A DNA stretch of 64,000 nt, from the IMG/VR virus record IMGVR_UViG_3300017971_002536, positions 1 through 64,000 of that record. One strand, given 5' to 3'. Position 1 is the stretch's first letter, and each line of letters begins with the position of its first letter. Below are positions 20,849-30,396 of the stretch, one piece after another. The stretch is from a virus. The translations under genes and the position numbers were made by a program. The notes under the pieces were generated by a model. That model saw only the letters and a list, made by a program, of their open reading frames with translations. It was not told the origin of the DNA and ran no database searches.

Positions 20849-21346
20849 CTAAATATTTATTGGATTTTCTAAATTTTCCATTTGAATGATGGCGCCCATT
20901 TCCTTGAGAGCATCGTAAAAGCGAGTAAACTTTTTCGCTTGTGTTGGATCAAGTTTTTGTGTATAATTCTTGTTCGAATTCGCAATAGGATAATTCTTTT
21001 GTTCTTTCTCAGGTATATCAACTATCGGAATATACGTCCAAATAATTTGTGATTTCGTTCCCTCAGGAAAGATCAAACCACGAGTCGGCATATTAATAAC
21101 TGTCGGTATCCAGTAGACAAATCTTTTTTTGTCAAATACTTTCATGTCATTAATAAGTTTTGGCGATGTACTAATCACTTTTCTTATTGTCATTGAATTC
21201 TTCTTATACATTGTGTTTGAAGTAAATCCACAATTTATACACATCCAAGAAGTTACTCCATTATCTACTTCCTCAAGTGCTGTATTATCACCACATACCG
21301 CACATTCTACAGTTCTACCAGAACTGGGATTAAACTTTTCATCCAT
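20849..21346 (-). CDS. Zn-ribbon phage protein
   Basis: CAVC..CINC. Confidence 0.6.
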   Translation of the reverse strand: MDEKFNPSSGRTVECAVCGDNTALEEVDNGVTSWMCINCGFTSNTMYKKNSMTIRKVISTSPKLINDMKVFDKKRFVYWIPTVINMPTRGLIFPEGTKSQIIWTYIPIVDIPEKEQKNYPIANSNKNYTQKLDPTQAKKFTRFYDALKEMGAIIQMENLENPINI

Positions 21347-22316
21347 GTTTATCTCCTTTATTTGTTTTTAATCTCCACCATTTTTCATTGTTTTCGTACC
21401 ATTCTATTGTTTGTAATAAATCATTATCAAAATTACTATGTGATTTCCAACCTAATAATTCAATCTTATTAGTATTTACAGAATATCTAAAATCGTGTCC
21501 AAGTCTATCAGTAACATATTTAATAAAAATTTCAGGTTTACCCATAAGTTTTAAAATTTTATGAGTAAGTTTAATGTTAGTAATTTCATTTCCATGACCT
21601 ATATTATATATTTCGCCAGATTCGCCTCTCAATAACGCAGTTCCTATACCACTACAATTATCTTGTACATGAATCCAATCTCTTATATTCTTTCCATCAC
21701 CGTAAACCGGTACTTGTTTATCGTCTATTAAATTCGTTATAAATAAAGGAATAATTTTTTCGGGCAACTGGTACGGCCCAAAATTGTTAGCACTTCTCGT
21801 TATTACTACATCTAATCCAAATGTCTTGTAATACGATAAAGCTAATAAATCTGCGGATGATTTGGTAGATGAATACGGTGACGCAGGATTTAACCTATCA
21901 TCTTCACTAAATGAACCATTCTTTATACTACCATATGTTTCATCCGTTGAAATTTGCACAAATCTTTCAATACCAAATTCCTTTGATAATTCTAAAAGAT
22001 TTTGAACACCTAACACATTTGTTTCAACAAATATATTTGGATTTAATATTGAATTATCGACGTGTGATTCAGCAGCAAAATTTACTACCACGTCAATGTT
22101 TTTCATAATCTTGTAACAATCATCATAATTACGTATGTCGCCTTCATAAAATGTGACATCATGCATAAAATCTTCAATAGTATCAAAATGACCTGCGTAT
22201 GTCAATGAATCCATAACTACAATGTGTGAAAACTCCGACACTTCATCTAATAAATATCGAACAAAATTACTTCCAATAAATCCAGCTCCACCCGTAACTA
22301 AAATAGATTTACTCAT
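21339..22316 (-). CDS. rmlB: dTDP-glucose 4,6-dehydratase
   Basis: VTGGAGFIGSNF, NFAAESHVD, ISTDETYG, SPYSSTK, NNFGPYQ.PEK, GHDFRY. Confidence 0.95.
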   Translation of the reverse strand: MSKSILVTGGAGFIGSNFVRYLLDEVSEFSHIVVMDSLTYAGHFDTIEDFMHDVTFYEGDIRNYDDCYKIMKNIDVVVNFAAESHVDNSILNPNIFVETNVLGVQNLLELSKEFGIERFVQISTDETYGSIKNGSFSEDDRLNPASPYSSTKSSADLLALSYYKTFGLDVVITRSANNFGPYQLPEKIIPLFITNLIDDKQVPVYGDGKNIRDWIHVQDNCSGIGTALLRGESGEIYNIGHGNEITNIKLTHKILKLMGKPEIFIKYVTDRLGHDFRYSVNTNKIELLGWKSHSNFDNDLLQTIEWYENNEKWWRLKTNKGDKHG

Positions 22317-23814
22317 TCTTCTTTTCCTCACCATTTTCTTCAGATCCTACTAATTTCAATTTTGGTAACTTGACTTTTGGGATTTCTTCTTCTGGTTTAA
22401 TTCCACTTCCATGATCATGTTCTTCCGCGTCAAGTTGTTTCAATTTTGGTAATACAACCTTTTTAGGCATTCCATCTTTACCAGTTCCTGCTGTCGGCAA
22501 CTTTATATCCTCACCTTTCTTCGTCAACTGTGGTAAATTTGGTAAACTCACTTGAGTTTGTTTTGGAAATTCAGGTAAATGTTGATCCAATATTTTCTCA
22601 AACTCAGTCTGCATTTTCTTTCTCGTGAATTTCGATTTATTTATTTCAGCAAGTTTCTTAGCATTTGTCGAATACTTTTGGTAATTCTTCCTAACTTCTT
22701 TCATCATAGCAGAAGCATAGTTGTAATTTACCGTAAACCATTGTGATTCTTTCAAAATGACCTTATCCCACGCAGCAGATGGATGTACATTTTGAAGTTG
22801 ACCCGGTAACATTATCGCTAATTGTGGATTTAAGAAATCAACTTGTCCACTCCAATTACTGGCGATTACTGGCTTTCCACTCAGGGATGCTTCTAAAAGT
22901 GGACGACCAAAACCCTCTCCCTTTGTAAAAGAAATGTGAGCTTTTACTTTTGGATGATTGTAAAGAGCATTCATTTCTTCGTCAGTTAGCTCACCGTGTA
23001 ACAGATGAATAGGTGGCAAAGAATCCGCCGGAGTTGATTGTTTAATAATGTTTATTTTCTTGAGTATTTCTTCTCGATCCATAACACTAAATGTCGCACT
23101 ACTTGTTTTTAAAATAAGTCCAGGTGGATTTTTTTGATTTTTAAATGTATCAAGAAATACCTTTATTAACATTCCTACATCTTTTCTATCTTGACCCATG
23201 TCGCCTTTGAGCCAATGACCCACAAATAAAAAATTCCACGGCGTCTTGATCGTGTCTAACTCAACCTTGATTGACTTTGGTACTTCGTCACCTTGTTTTA
23301 GCCTGCGGTATACATTCATGTCCGCGCCTTCAAATAATACCTCAATCGGTGGTTGCAATCGAAGTTCCTTAACAGGATTCCCTTGTTGATCTCGTTGCGT
23401 CCATACTGTAGTTTTAAACATATTCGCTACATGATTTGATGGAACAATGTTCAAATGCATTCTATTCATCCCTAACAACCATTCTGGCGAACACATTGTT
23501 GTCTCAACACCTGCAGTAATACCAATATTATATTTCGCCATGTTTTGAAATTCATTTGGTACAGTCAAATGTATATGAATGTCAGGCTGTCTCGCTAACT
23601 TATTGTCCATCATTAATCTTTCAATAATAGGTTGATGATCAGGATTATCGGTTTTAAGAGCATTTCTTGGAGTTCCGCCCCACCGTAAATCCATAATCTT
23701 TATATCAAACCTATTCATGTCAATCAAAGTTCTTACCACGTCTCTCCCGTGATGTCCATAACCGCTTCGTGTTCCCACTGGCGCCGTAAATAATAATAGT
23801 GGTTTATCACTCAT
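22309..23814 (-). CDS. GT4 glycosyltransferase with low-complexity C-terminal tail
   Basis: SGYGHHGR, FLFVGHW, GEGFGRPLLEA, WSGQVDF. Confidence 0.9.
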   Translation of the reverse strand: MSDKPLLLFTAPVGTRSGYGHHGRDVVRTLIDMNRFDIKIMDLRWGGTPRNALKTDNPDHQPIIERLMMDNKLARQPDIHIHLTVPNEFQNMAKYNIGITAGVETTMCSPEWLLGMNRMHLNIVPSNHVANMFKTTVWTQRDQQGNPVKELRLQPPIEVLFEGADMNVYRRLKQGDEVPKSIKVELDTIKTPWNFLFVGHWLKGDMGQDRKDVGMLIKVFLDTFKNQKNPPGLILKTSSATFSVMDREEILKKINIIKQSTPADSLPPIHLLHGELTDEEMNALYNHPKVKAHISFTKGEGFGRPLLEASLSGKPVIASNWSGQVDFLNPQLAIMLPGQLQNVHPSAAWDKVILKESQWFTVNYNYASAMMKEVRKNYQKYSTNAKKLAEINKSKFTRKKMQTEFEKILDQHLPEFPKQTQVSLPNLPQLTKKGEDIKLPTAGTGKDGMPKKVVLPKLKQLDAEEHDHGSGIKPEEEIPKVKLPKLKLVGSEENGEEKKNE

Positions 23815-24238
23815 ATCTATAACTCCTTATTCTTATTTCTAATTTTTGTGGTTTATCATTAGTATCAAAACCTTGTATTATAATTTTTTTATTGTTATAT
23901 AAATTTTGATTCAAACGTAATTTAATTACAAACCAAATATGTCCGAAAACTCTCTTTAATCCACCTTCCCGATATAAAAATTTCCAATCCGCTACACGTA
24001 AAGTTTTGAAAGCCCCTTTCCAACGGCGATCTTTAATTTTAACAACTTCCAATGTTACCGGTTTTGGAAACCAAGTTCCTGGTTCCCGCATAGCGGCTCG
24101 CCATCTTTCTATCGCATTTTGTATTTCTTTTTGATATTCTTCACTTTTTATCATGCGATAATATTCTAATGTATCTTCAGTAGATTTATTAAAATATTCC
24201 AACTCTTTTATGACCTTATCACTCATAATATAACTCAT
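23807..24238 (-). CDS. Hypothetical protein
   Basis: ORF coupled to neighbours. Confidence 0.6.
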   Translation of the reverse strand: MSYIMSDKVIKELEYFNKSTEDTLEYYRMIKSEEYQKEIQNAIERWRAAMREPGTWFPKPVTLEVVKIKDRRWKGAFKTLRVADWKFLYREGGLKRVFGHIWFVIKLRLNQNLYNNKKIIIQGFDTNDKPQKLEIRIRSYRYE

Positions 24239-24615
24239 TAATGTATTTTGTGATCAAGTAATTTTTTATTGCGTTTTCTAAATTTTCTAAACTCGATCTT
24301 TTTTATTAAAGAAACAAAAAATTGATTTATTCCACTTTCATCTTTTTTCTTTTTTACATTTTTCATTAATTGTTTCATTTCTTTTTTTGAAACCCACTCT
24401 TTCATTGTTTTCTTTTTAGGTTTTATACCCTCTTTGAAAGTTTTTAACAATCCACGAGATTCATTTACTTTTTCATCAAAAGTTTCCGCACCAAGTATCT
24501 CTTTTACTTTTGTTTTTATCGGATTTTTTCTCCGTTGTTTCTTCTTTTTTTCTACTTCTTCGGATAATTCTTCTAATTCCTCTACAATTTCGTCTACATT
24601 AGTTTTTTTCTTCAT
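24238..24615 (-). CDS. Lys/Glu-rich hypothetical protein
   Basis: AGGAG RBS; highly charged. Confidence 0.65.
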   Translation of the reverse strand: MKKKTNVDEIVEELEELSEEVEKKKKQRRKNPIKTKVKEILGAETFDEKVNESRGLLKTFKEGIKPKKKTMKEWVSKKEMKQLMKNVKKKKDESGINQFFVSLIKKIEFRKFRKRNKKLLDHKIH

Positions 24616-24626
24616 CTTATTTCTCC

Positions 24627-26108
24627 TTACACACTATAAACACCAAATCGTTTTCTGGGCTCCCAAATATCAATAGATGTGTCAAGATATTCAACAAAAT
24701 TCAATCCCATTTGACGAGCACTCATTCCTACCTCAAATAAGTATTCTCGTCCTCTCGTTCCAGCTTTAACTCTTTCATCTTCATTCTTATCATACCAATA
24801 TCTCATAGCAACTGCTACATCCTCAAAACTACACCTATCATCAAAAATATATGGAGTTGGAGGCGAACCTACAAGTGACCTATTCGATGGAAATACCGGA
24901 TAAGCCCATTCACCACATTCCTTGTAACGTCCATCGTGATTACTTCCCCAATCCGCATTAAAATGTTTGTCAGGATCAAGGTATTCACCATTTTCATCAA
25001 CAAAACCCATTTGATCTTGTAAACCACCCGTTACATTATTAATCACAGGTGTACCACACATCAATGATTCTGCACATGAAAGTCCAAATCCCTCATTTGA
25101 CGCTATATTAATAGTTACATCAGCTATATTATACAAATACATCATATGTCTTTGTTCAAGTTTATTATTTGAAAAGATTACATGACAATTAGGAGCAACC
25201 GCTTGTTTAACAGCAGCTAAATCAGTACCATTTTGATCAACTACTGCGGTATGCATTATCAATACAACCTTTTCTCTATCTTCTTCTGGTAATGTTTTTA
25301 CAAACTCACTAAACGCAAGAATTACATCACCTGGCATCTTACGACGAATATTTCTATTATTATAAAGAATAGAAAATTCATAATCTTTACCACCAAACAA
25401 CTTTCTTTTGAAGTCCAACATTTCTTCAAATTCAGTCTTTGTATATTCTTTACCTTGTTTGTCTTTCTTTTGAAGATTTTCGCCAGGATTTTCTATACTC
25501 AATGGTTTAAATGAAAGTTCATCTATACCATGTGGAATATACCATAATTCCTTTTTCTTCATTGGTTTTCGTTGGCGAACATTCTTTATTATGTTGAATG
25601 TTTGTTTCGATATTCCTGCTAATGTGTCACACGATTCATAAAAATCTTGATTGTACATTGGAAATGGTAAATCATCCCATATCGCGTAAAATAATATCGG
25701 ACAATATTGTCGTATCTCGTGTTCCATTTGATACAACCAAATCCAAAACCGAGGATCTGTGAAATGCATTATCGCATCAGGTTTCTCCGTTTGCATTAAA
25801 AAACGAATCAAATCAGGATCGCCATATCCGTCAACAGGATAAATTCTCATATAACTTTGTTCAAGTCCTATCATTTTCTTTATCTCTTGTGACATATCAA
25901 CTATTTTACCCTTTTCAGGATGTTTAATCGCACCACCTACTTGAATCCAATTAAAATGATGTATCGTATGTAAAATAATATCTCGCGATACCGTACCTAC
26001 TCCACTTGGAAGGCGTAAATCATCACTTAACAATAAAATCTTTTTTCTATTTTCAAAAGGGATATAAGTATCCTTTCGCCATAGTTCAGACGCTTTCAAA
26101 TCTTCCAT
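24627..26108 (-). CDS. GT4 glycosyltransferase
   Basis: SGVGT, YIPHGID, NRNIRRK, NEGFGLSCAESL, TGGLQDQ. Confidence 0.9.
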   Translation of the reverse strand: MEDLKASELWRKDTYIPFENRKKILLLSDDLRLPSGVGTVSRDIILHTIHHFNWIQVGGAIKHPEKGKIVDMSQEIKKMIGLEQSYMRIYPVDGYGDPDLIRFLMQTEKPDAIMHFTDPRFWIWLYQMEHEIRQYCPILFYAIWDDLPFPMYNQDFYESCDTLAGISKQTFNIIKNVRQRKPMKKKELWYIPHGIDELSFKPLSIENPGENLQKKDKQGKEYTKTEFEEMLDFKRKLFGGKDYEFSILYNNRNIRRKMPGDVILAFSEFVKTLPEEDREKVVLIMHTAVVDQNGTDLAAVKQAVAPNCHVIFSNNKLEQRHMMYLYNIADVTINIASNEGFGLSCAESLMCGTPVINNVTGGLQDQMGFVDENGEYLDPDKHFNADWGSNHDGRYKECGEWAYPVFPSNRSLVGSPPTPYIFDDRCSFEDVAVAMRYWYDKNEDERVKAGTRGREYLFEVGMSARQMGLNFVEYLDTSIDIWEPRKRFGVYSV

Positions 26109-26130
26109 ATTCGTAAACTCCTTTTGTCTT

Positions 26131-26685
26131 TTATTTCAATAACTCTAATATTTTGTAATGTAAAACATATACAAATGGATCAACCGCATCTTCTATCGTA
26201 TCACTCCAAAAACATTCCGCCATCTTCTCTAATTCACTACCATCACCATCGGCTTCTAATGTCTTTTCTTTTCCTGTTAAATCAACTGTATACAAATAAT
26301 ATTTCGTGTCACTCGATTTTATTCCATAAGATATGTCAAGAAACTTTATTTCATTTCGCTCGACTTCATAACCTGCTTCTTCCGCAATTTCATGTAACGC
26401 GGTTTCAATAGGATCATCGTTTTCTACTCCACCAGTAATAGAACTTATTTTTTGTTCCATTCCCCAACAAGGCGTTACTTCTTTCCTCAACAAAAATTCG
26501 ACTCCATATTTTTCATTTGGATTGTTTACGCCCATTCTTGTCTTATACCTATAAGGTAATATAGAAACTATTTTTCCATCACACCTAATTTCATGTGAAT
26601 AATCATAACCATGTACACCATTTTCCGGATCAATCATTCGACGTAATGATAACCATTTTGTCTTACATAATACCTCTATTTTCAT
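26131..26685 (-). CDS. Nudix hydrolase
   Basis: GGVENDDPIETALHEIAEEAG Nudix box. Confidence 0.85.
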   Translation of the reverse strand: MKIEVLCKTKWLSLRRMIDPENGVHGYDYSHEIRCDGKIVSILPYRYKTRMGVNNPNEKYGVEFLLRKEVTPCWGMEQKISSITGGVENDDPIETALHEIAEEAGYEVERNEIKFLDISYGIKSSDTKYYLYTVDLTGKEKTLEADGDGSELEKMAECFWSDTIEDAVDPFVYVLHYKILELLK

Positions 26686-26867
26686 ATTGAACTCCCTGAG
26701 ATAGCAGCATGGATCATATCATCAAAACCACCATTACCATTATATAACATTATTGTAGCATTCACTAATTGTTGTAGTGATATGTTTGTGTCCAAACATT
26801 TCATCTTGAACTTTTTGTATTCATCTGACATCACTTTAACCGACGTCAATTTTAAATCTTTACTCAT
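26682..26867 (-). CDS. Small ribbon-helix-helix-like protein
   Basis: KLTSVKV..YKKFK..C..ISLQQLVN pattern; AAGGAG RBS. Confidence 0.55.
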   Translation of the reverse strand: MSKDLKLTSVKVMSDEYKKFKMKCLDTNISLQQLVNATIMLYNGNGGFDDMIHAAISGSSI

Positions 26868-26901
26868 TTTTATTTCTCCTTGTAAATTATTTATTTGTAT
26901 A

Positions 26902-26919
26902 TATAAATATATATAAATA
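26902..26919 (-). promoter_or_regulatory. Tandem TATTTATA motifs (putative phage-specific late/middle promoter) at the head of the glycan cluster
   Basis: Plus-strand tataaata at 26902-26909 and 26912-26919; the same motif recurs in other intergenic gaps. Confidence 0.55.
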
Positions 26920-26925
26920 AAATTT

Positions 26926-27384
26926 TTACAAATAATATATCCTTACCAACTCATTCTTTTTATATCCGGTAAATACGTCCTCTATTATTCCTTTGATTGT
27001 CGCCCAATCTCCACGTGCTAACCCGGCACCGATTCGAGGCATGGCGAAACTGGCCCCACGAAATACAAACTCTATCGCGTCCAATCCCTCTCGTATCGCA
27101 TCATAATCGGCATAAATCTTACGATGTCCATAATCATATTGTGAATAAAGATTTATTACCGTTATATCTTGATCATAATAATAATGTTTTCCACTCCAAA
27201 ATGTATAATGACCTAATTTATTCTTGTCGCCCCACAAAGTCTCTTGATCTACTTTCCACGCACCAGGATATATCTCTCGTATCGTCTTAGCAACACCAGA
27301 TCCCATATTGTTTTTACAATTACAACCATGTATCAATATTTGCTCTTTCGCTTTGAATACGTCACCTTGTATTTCCTCAATCAT
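26926..27384 (-). CDS. Macrodomain ADP-ribose-processing protein (TARG1/DarG/T4 Tk.4-like)
   Basis: GDVF, HGCNC..MGSGVAK, NLYSQ, MPRIGAGLARGDW. Confidence 0.9.
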   Translation of the reverse strand: MIEEIQGDVFKAKEQILIHGCNCKNNMGSGVAKTIREIYPGAWKVDQETLWGDKNKLGHYTFWSGKHYYYDQDITVINLYSQYDYGHRKIYADYDAIREGLDAIEFVFRGASFAMPRIGAGLARGDWATIKGIIEDVFTGYKKNELVRIYYL

Positions 27385-27647
27385 TTCTTACCTTTCATAT
27401 AATAATATGCTAACCAGACCCATGCGACATTTCCAACCGCCATAATTAACCCAGCATAAAAACTTAACCATTGTTCTAAATGTGGATAATAATATAAATT
27501 CCAAAATCCCCAAAAGGCAAAAAATATAGATAACGGCCAATAAACACCTTTTACCTCTTTATCTATATAAATCTTGTATACATTTATCCATACAAATACA
27601 GAACCTATTAACTCAAATAACCCATTCGTTAAATCCTGATATGACAT
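27381..27647 (-). CDS. Small 3-TM membrane protein (PQ-loop/SemiSWEET/PnuC-half-like)
   Basis: Three hydrophobic segments with K.VKGV loop. Confidence 0.55.
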   Translation of the reverse strand: MSYQDLTNGLFELIGSVFVWINVYKIYIDKEVKGVYWPLSIFFAFWGFWNLYYYPHLEQWLSFYAGLIMAVGNVAWVWLAYYYMKGKK

Positions 27648-27872
27648 TTATGGTAACACCCTTTCTATTACTAACTGAAACTCTTTTTCTATTTCTTTAT
27701 CCGTCATAAATTTGTGACCACATTCTTTTGATTGATACGCGTCTTCGTAAATTACACTATATACATTATTCCAACTTGTTTCTATAATTCTTACAACTTC
27801 ATCTTCGTTTTCGCCTATACTCAACACTACCATTGGAACGGTAAACTTTTTTACTAATGTGTTTCTTGACAT
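27648..27872 (-). CDS. Hypothetical protein
   Basis: AGGAG RBS, 74 aa. Confidence 0.6.
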   Translation of the reverse strand: MSRNTLVKKFTVPMVVLSIGENEDEVVRIIETSWNNVYSVIYEDAYQSKECGHKFMTDKEIEKEFQLVIERVLP

Positions 27873-27883
27873 AAAAATTCTCC

Positions 27884-28309
27884 TTAATTTACGATTTTTA
27901 CCACTTTTCCTAACTTTTTCGCCTTTGTGTATGTATCGTTCGTTCCCCTACTTTGTGTTATATCCCAACCAGTAGGAAGAAAACATATCACGGCGTCACT
28001 ATATTCCGCTATTTGTGTGTTTCGTTGATTGTAATAATAAACTCGATATTCTTTTCCATAATGGTATGCTTCCATTATACAATGAGAATTCCACGGATAG
28101 TGGGCGGGAGGAAATTCGACATACTCTACTCCAAGTTCAAGGGCATATTTTTTCGCCATTCCATCGGCGCCTTTCTTTTGTCCACCGGAAACGATTTCAA
28201 TGTTTTCCTTACCTAAATTTTTTATTGAATCATGAATAAGTTTACGAATCTTACTCCCAGCAACAAACTCTCTACTTCCAACAATACCAATTCTAAAACG
28301 TCTTGACAT
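27884..28309 (-). CDS. SLOG-superfamily (YspA/DUF2493-like) protein
   Basis: IGIVGSR, IVSGG..GAD, RNTQIAEYSD, SRGT. Confidence 0.85.
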   Translation of the reverse strand: MSRRFRIGIVGSREFVAGSKIRKLIHDSIKNLGKENIEIVSGGQKKGADGMAKKYALELGVEYVEFPPAHYPWNSHCIMEAYHYGKEYRVYYYNQRNTQIAEYSDAVICFLPTGWDITQSRGTNDTYTKAKKLGKVVKIVN

Positions 28310-28311
28310 TA

Positions 28312-28731
28312 TTATTTTCCCTTATTTTTGTCATATAAAATTCTACGACTTTTAGGATGTGTCTCAATATAATTGTATACTTGATAAAAATAATGAATAC
28401 CTAATAACATTTGTGATTTCTGATCTAACGGATAAACGTGTGAATACCTATTGATACATACCATACTTTCATTTACTTTGTCACTTATAATATCAAACCA
28501 AGCAAAATGGGCATCAGGTAACCTATTTGTTACATAACATTTTAAAGATTTACCAAAAATTTCATCAAATCGTTTGGTAAAATCATCTATACTTTTAGCA
28601 TCAATCCCATTATGCCAGAAATATATTTTTTTGATGGGCGATTTATTGTGTGTCATACGTAATGATACTAAAATATCCTCAATAAGTTCCCCATTTATTA
28701 TATCATCTAAATTAAATCTTAACTCATTCAT
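28312..28731 (-). CDS. Hypothetical protein
   Basis: ORF in operon. Confidence 0.6.
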   Translation of the reverse strand: MNELRFNLDDIINGELIEDILVSLRMTHNKSPIKKIYFWHNGIDAKSIDDFTKRFDEIFGKSLKCYVTNRLPDAHFAWFDIISDKVNESMVCINRYSHVYPLDQKSQMLLGIHYFYQVYNYIETHPKSRRILYDKNKGK

Positions 28732-28741
28732 TTATATTCCC

Positions 28742-29743
28742 CTAATTTTTTCTATCACAATACTCTGGCTTATCCTTGAAATCACACCAACGACAATTCG
28801 ACTGTGTCGCGATCTTTGGGTAAAATTGTTCTAAATTATAATTACCCTTTTCATCAAAACAAGTCTCTACAAACGCATCAAACTTCATCATAACCTTGTT
28901 TATCGTCGGCTTACCGGATGGCGGAATAAATTTTAAAATACGTTTTTGTGGATAAGGTATGTCCTCACTTAATTTTCGTTTCAATATGATAAACTCAACA
29001 TCTATTTTTTTAACGTCCATATTCAATTTGTCCGCATAAAAGTTTTTATAGATAACTAATTGTGACGTTGTATTCTCGTCATTCTTTTTATATGACGCCC
29101 AACCTCTTGTAGAAGTTTTCAAGTCAATTATTCTCAGTTTCCCTGTTTCCTTGTTTCTTACTAAAACATCTATAAAACCAATAAAATATAAATTCTCTTT
29201 CAACTCTTTATTCAACTCGTATTCAATACCAACCAATTCTTCAGTTTTATAGTTAAAAAATGTAGTTCTATTTTTCTTGAACCAATCATTTATTTTTACG
29301 CCGTCATAGTAAAATTCCATCATTGTCTCTTTGGAAATGTGACCCTCAAGTACCTCTTGGGCTTTGAACTTCGCAATATATTCCATGTTCTCTTGAACTA
29401 TAAGTTTCTTACCATCAATTTCTACTTCTATTGACTTATCTTCAAGATTGTTCATGATCTCCAAACCCTCTTTTGTGTATTTGTCTAAATGGGCTCGATA
29501 TTCCTTTCCCATTTCGTCACGCAGAATCTCATTTAAATCAAGTTGATCCGCATACTTAGGCCCGTTGGCGAAGAACGCCGTTAGATAAGATTGTAATGTG
29601 AAATGCATCGCTGATCCAAATATAAGATGTATCGATGGCTCGTCACCACGTATCTTATCTATGTAACTTAATTTCCAACGCCAAGGGCATTGATTCCACA
29701 AAGAAAACTGGGAATAACTGACTCGTAACTTCTTTTTTGTCAT
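28742..29743 (-). CDS. PD-(D/E)XK RecB/Cas4-like exonuclease
   Basis: SYSQ..CP, FGSAMH, GFIDVL..IIDLKT, QL.IY, CRWC..C. Confidence 0.9.
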   Translation of the reverse strand: MTKKKLRVSYSQFSLWNQCPWRWKLSYIDKIRGDEPSIHLIFGSAMHFTLQSYLTAFFANGPKYADQLDLNEILRDEMGKEYRAHLDKYTKEGLEIMNNLEDKSIEVEIDGKKLIVQENMEYIAKFKAQEVLEGHISKETMMEFYYDGVKINDWFKKNRTTFFNYKTEELVGIEYELNKELKENLYFIGFIDVLVRNKETGKLRIIDLKTSTRGWASYKKNDENTTSQLVIYKNFYADKLNMDVKKIDVEFIILKRKLSEDIPYPQKRILKFIPPSGKPTINKVMMKFDAFVETCFDEKGNYNLEQFYPKIATQSNCRWCDFKDKPEYCDRKN

Positions 29744-29746
29744 ATT

Positions 29747-30385
29747 TTATCCTACTATTTCGTCTACTAATCCAAACTCTAAACATTTTTCCGCATCAAA
29801 ATACAAATCATGTTTAAGTAGTTCTTCTAATTTTTCTTCCGTAAGTTTTGTGTGTTCAAGATATACTCTTTTAAGAGCACTCATAAGATTTTCGTTGTTC
29901 TCTTGTTGATCTTTCATTTGTTCATGGGTAAAAGTTCCCCAATAATCAGTTCTAAGTTGATGAATCAACATAAAAGCGTTTCGTTGAATGAAACGTTTCT
30001 TACCTGCAAGAATAAGAAGTGTAGCAGCAGAAGCAGCAACACCGTCAACATATGTATAAATGGGAATGTCTAATGTTCTAATGTGATCATATGCTGAAAA
30101 TCCTGCGTGAGCATATCCACCATATGATTGTATATGTAAATGTAACGTCGGAATCTCAGATAAGTTCCATACTTGTCTACGTGTAATCAACTCGTCCTCA
30201 AGATTCTTCAAGTTCTTTGTCAGAGCTAACGTCTTTTCCCTATCAATATCAGCATAGTAATACATTTGATTGTTTATGATTTCCACAAAACCTGGCTCTT
30301 TGTATTCTACAAATTGTGGCTCTTGATCCATTTCAGGTGGTGGCACGCTTCCCTCTTGTAATTTCCAATTATTTTTCGTAATCAT
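29747..30385 (-). CDS. ClpP-like serine protease
   Basis: IQSYGG, DGVAASAAT, MLIHQ, DLYFDAEKCLEFGLVDEI. Confidence 0.85.
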   Translation of the reverse strand: MITKNNWKLQEGSVPPPEMDQEPQFVEYKEPGFVEIINNQMYYYADIDREKTLALTKNLKNLEDELITRRQVWNLSEIPTLHLHIQSYGGYAHAGFSAYDHIRTLDIPIYTYVDGVAASAATLLILAGKKRFIQRNAFMLIHQLRTDYWGTFTHEQMKDQQENNENLMSALKRVYLEHTKLTEEKLEELLKHDLYFDAEKCLEFGLVDEIVG

Positions 30386-30396
30386 TTTGTATCTCC

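Noticed and set aside
1-26108. Bacterial O-antigen/capsule locus (cellular contig)
   Set aside because: It is contiguous with a T4-like replisome and baseplate genes, interleaved with phage genes, and has no export genes.
28742-29743. Cas4 as evidence of a CRISPR system
   Set aside because: No array or other cas genes were seen. Solo RecB/Cas4-like exonucleases are common in phages.
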